The notes beneath the pieces are model-generated. The model saw only the letters and a program-made list of their open reading frames with translations. It was not told where the DNA came from and ran no database searches. Position numbers and translations under genes: made by a program. 64,000 nucleotides of DNA from the NCBI RefSeq assembly GCF_963921235.1, contig NC_086098.1, positions 38,440,001 to 38,504,000 on the forward strand. Reading direction: 5' to 3'. Positions 62,078 to 64,000 of this stretch are shown here, piece by piece. Source of the DNA: Mobula hypostoma. Its lineage: Eukaryota. Positions within the stretch are counted from its first letter, which is position 1. Each line of letters opens with the position of its first letter.

Positions 62078-64000
62078 GTAAGCAACTGCATGTCAAAAAT
62101 ATCTGTTACTTAGCTCACGGAATAACTACTCTTTGTCTTGTAGTGTATTATCTGTTCAACTGATCAAACGTTCCATGTTTACAATAGTTCTTCATCACAC
62201 TGATTGTTCCTGTGTCTGCCAGTGTGCATTCACTTCCACTCAGACAAAAGCCCAGGTTAAAAGCCTTTCTCGTTTTCATTTCCTGGACTTGCCTCTGCAT
62301 TTGCATTCTGCTCCAGCTCTGAAGTTCTTCTCCACTCTGACTTTAATGAGCAACTCATTCCCTCAGATGTGACCATATCTTCAGCTACCAAGGTCCTTAG
62401 GTCTGTAATTTTCTTCTTCAATCTCTCCATCTTTCCTATCATTAGACATTCCTTTGATCCAGCTCTTGCTTGTTTATCCTAATATCTGATTGGCTGTCAG
62501 ATCTGGTCTTGGGAAGCATTTGTTTTGCATGTTAAAGACTCTTCTGGAATACACGTTGCTGTTGCTGTATAAGAACATCAAATGAGGAACTATAGGAAAT
62601 TTTTAGCCTGTCTTCAGCTACCAGAAATTTGACAACAAAAATGCCGAAAATAGCAATGAGAGCAAGTAGCTGGTGAGCTGTGCCTTTTCGACAATGACAA
62701 CTCCTTACAGTGTGTGGCAGATCTGCAGCAAAGTAGCATGAAGTTTCTTGTCATTAAAGGATGTAGATTAATATATTTTTCCTCTGTGAACATGTGTTAT
62801 TTTGTGTCATAGTATCTGGCAAAAATGTGTTTAAAGAAAGACCTTTAGTAAATACCAATCTCTCATATCATATTATAAAATTGCTTTGCTAACATCTCCA
62901 AGTTGCAAGGTGATAGAGAGGATTTTCTAAACTGAATCCTTGACCCTTATCATTCCTGCTTTAAACATTAAATTTTGTCCCCCGCCCCCCAATGTTCTTA
63001 AGACACTGTTCACACGGTGAAGAGGAGAGTGTGTGTGGGGAGGAAGGAAAAAGAATAAGAAAAGAAAATCTGACTGGAAAGAAAATGCTTTAGTGGAAAT
63101 TAAATAAATCTGACTTCGGGGTATTGCCTAAGTAACTGTTCTTTGAACTCATGGGCTGAATGGTAGAATATGTTCGTTAAAAAATGCAATAATGTCTGTT
63201 TCTCGTTAACTGTGATTTTTTTCAAAAGCTGTGCAGCTATGATCTGAGAATGAGTTTGTTAAAATTATGTTTGACCTCTGGATAATAACCTAGAGGTAAT
63301 AGGGAATTTGTTGCCAACAATCCTTTAATACTCAGTTTGTCATTATTGATTTGTTGTTCCACACAAACAATTAGCCACCTTATAAAAAAGTACAATTATA
63401 ACAAAACTAATTATTTAATTCTTGAATATTGAGAGCTACCAGTGCAATTAACCTGTGTAAGAACAAATTGGGTGACTGACAGACAAGGATGGTTATTGTA
63501 TATTACAATAACAGACATGTTAAGGCGATAATTGTGTGGCTGTTCATGTGAAGAGGAAAATAGTCACTTTCTGGTATACGGTGTATGTTTTGAAGAATCG
63601 GTGAATTATAGCAGCAGTGGAACCTGTCTGAATGGGGAGATTAACCAGTGGGAAGTTTGAATGATTGTGCAAGGGGAGGTGTGCACCAAGAGAACTGGAA
63701 GACATGTTGGTTTCTAGAGAATGAGGATTTAAGAATCTTTCACTTGGTTAAGTAGGTCAAATTATGTTGGCATTAGCATGCAAATAGCGAAAGTATTCCC
63801 TTCAATTTTTAAACGAAATACACATCCTTCACTCCAAATTCTACATACAATTAAAACAAAAACAGAAAATGCTGTATGTATAGAGTAGATCAAGTTCTAT
63901 CTGTGGGTAGACTGATAGAGTTAACACTTCCTGTTGGAAACTCTTCCCCCACCGTCACGTGATTTTGAATATATAATTAAGTTTGTTCTGGCTACTGTTT

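Overview
Eukaryotic (vertebrate) genomic DNA, most likely from a cartilaginous fish, probably a ray or skate. That assignment is inferred from the repeat complement: elasmobranch-type CR1 LINEs, V-SINE-like elements, Rex1/Babar tails and abundant Penelope pLTRs. Two spliced + strand genes are present. (1) A complete cysteine string protein gene, DNAJC5G-like: CpG-island promoter and non-coding exon 1 at about 8.4-8.8 kb, four coding exons at 18452-40811, 189 aa. (2) The first four coding exons of the muscle RING-finger gene TRIM54/MuRF3 (57459-62077), which continues beyond the window. The rest is a transposon mosaic: a near full-length CR1 LINE with tandem 5' monomers, a decayed Chapaev3-type DNA transposon with three nested insertions, Tc1, Tigger and Harbinger MITEs, Rex1/Babar, L2 and RTE fragments, and many Penelope-like element (PLE) pieces. 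The most notable hidden structure is a set of minimal hammerhead ribozyme motifs in the PLE pseudo-LTRs, one with an intact core at 54131-54166 on the minus strand. A family of short palindromic PLE derivatives with 13-18 bp target duplications folds back at this ribozyme. A degenerate tandem copy of the cysteine-string exon also lies in the DNAJC5G intron that follows it. Most short ORFs in the supplied track are spurious or transposon-derived.
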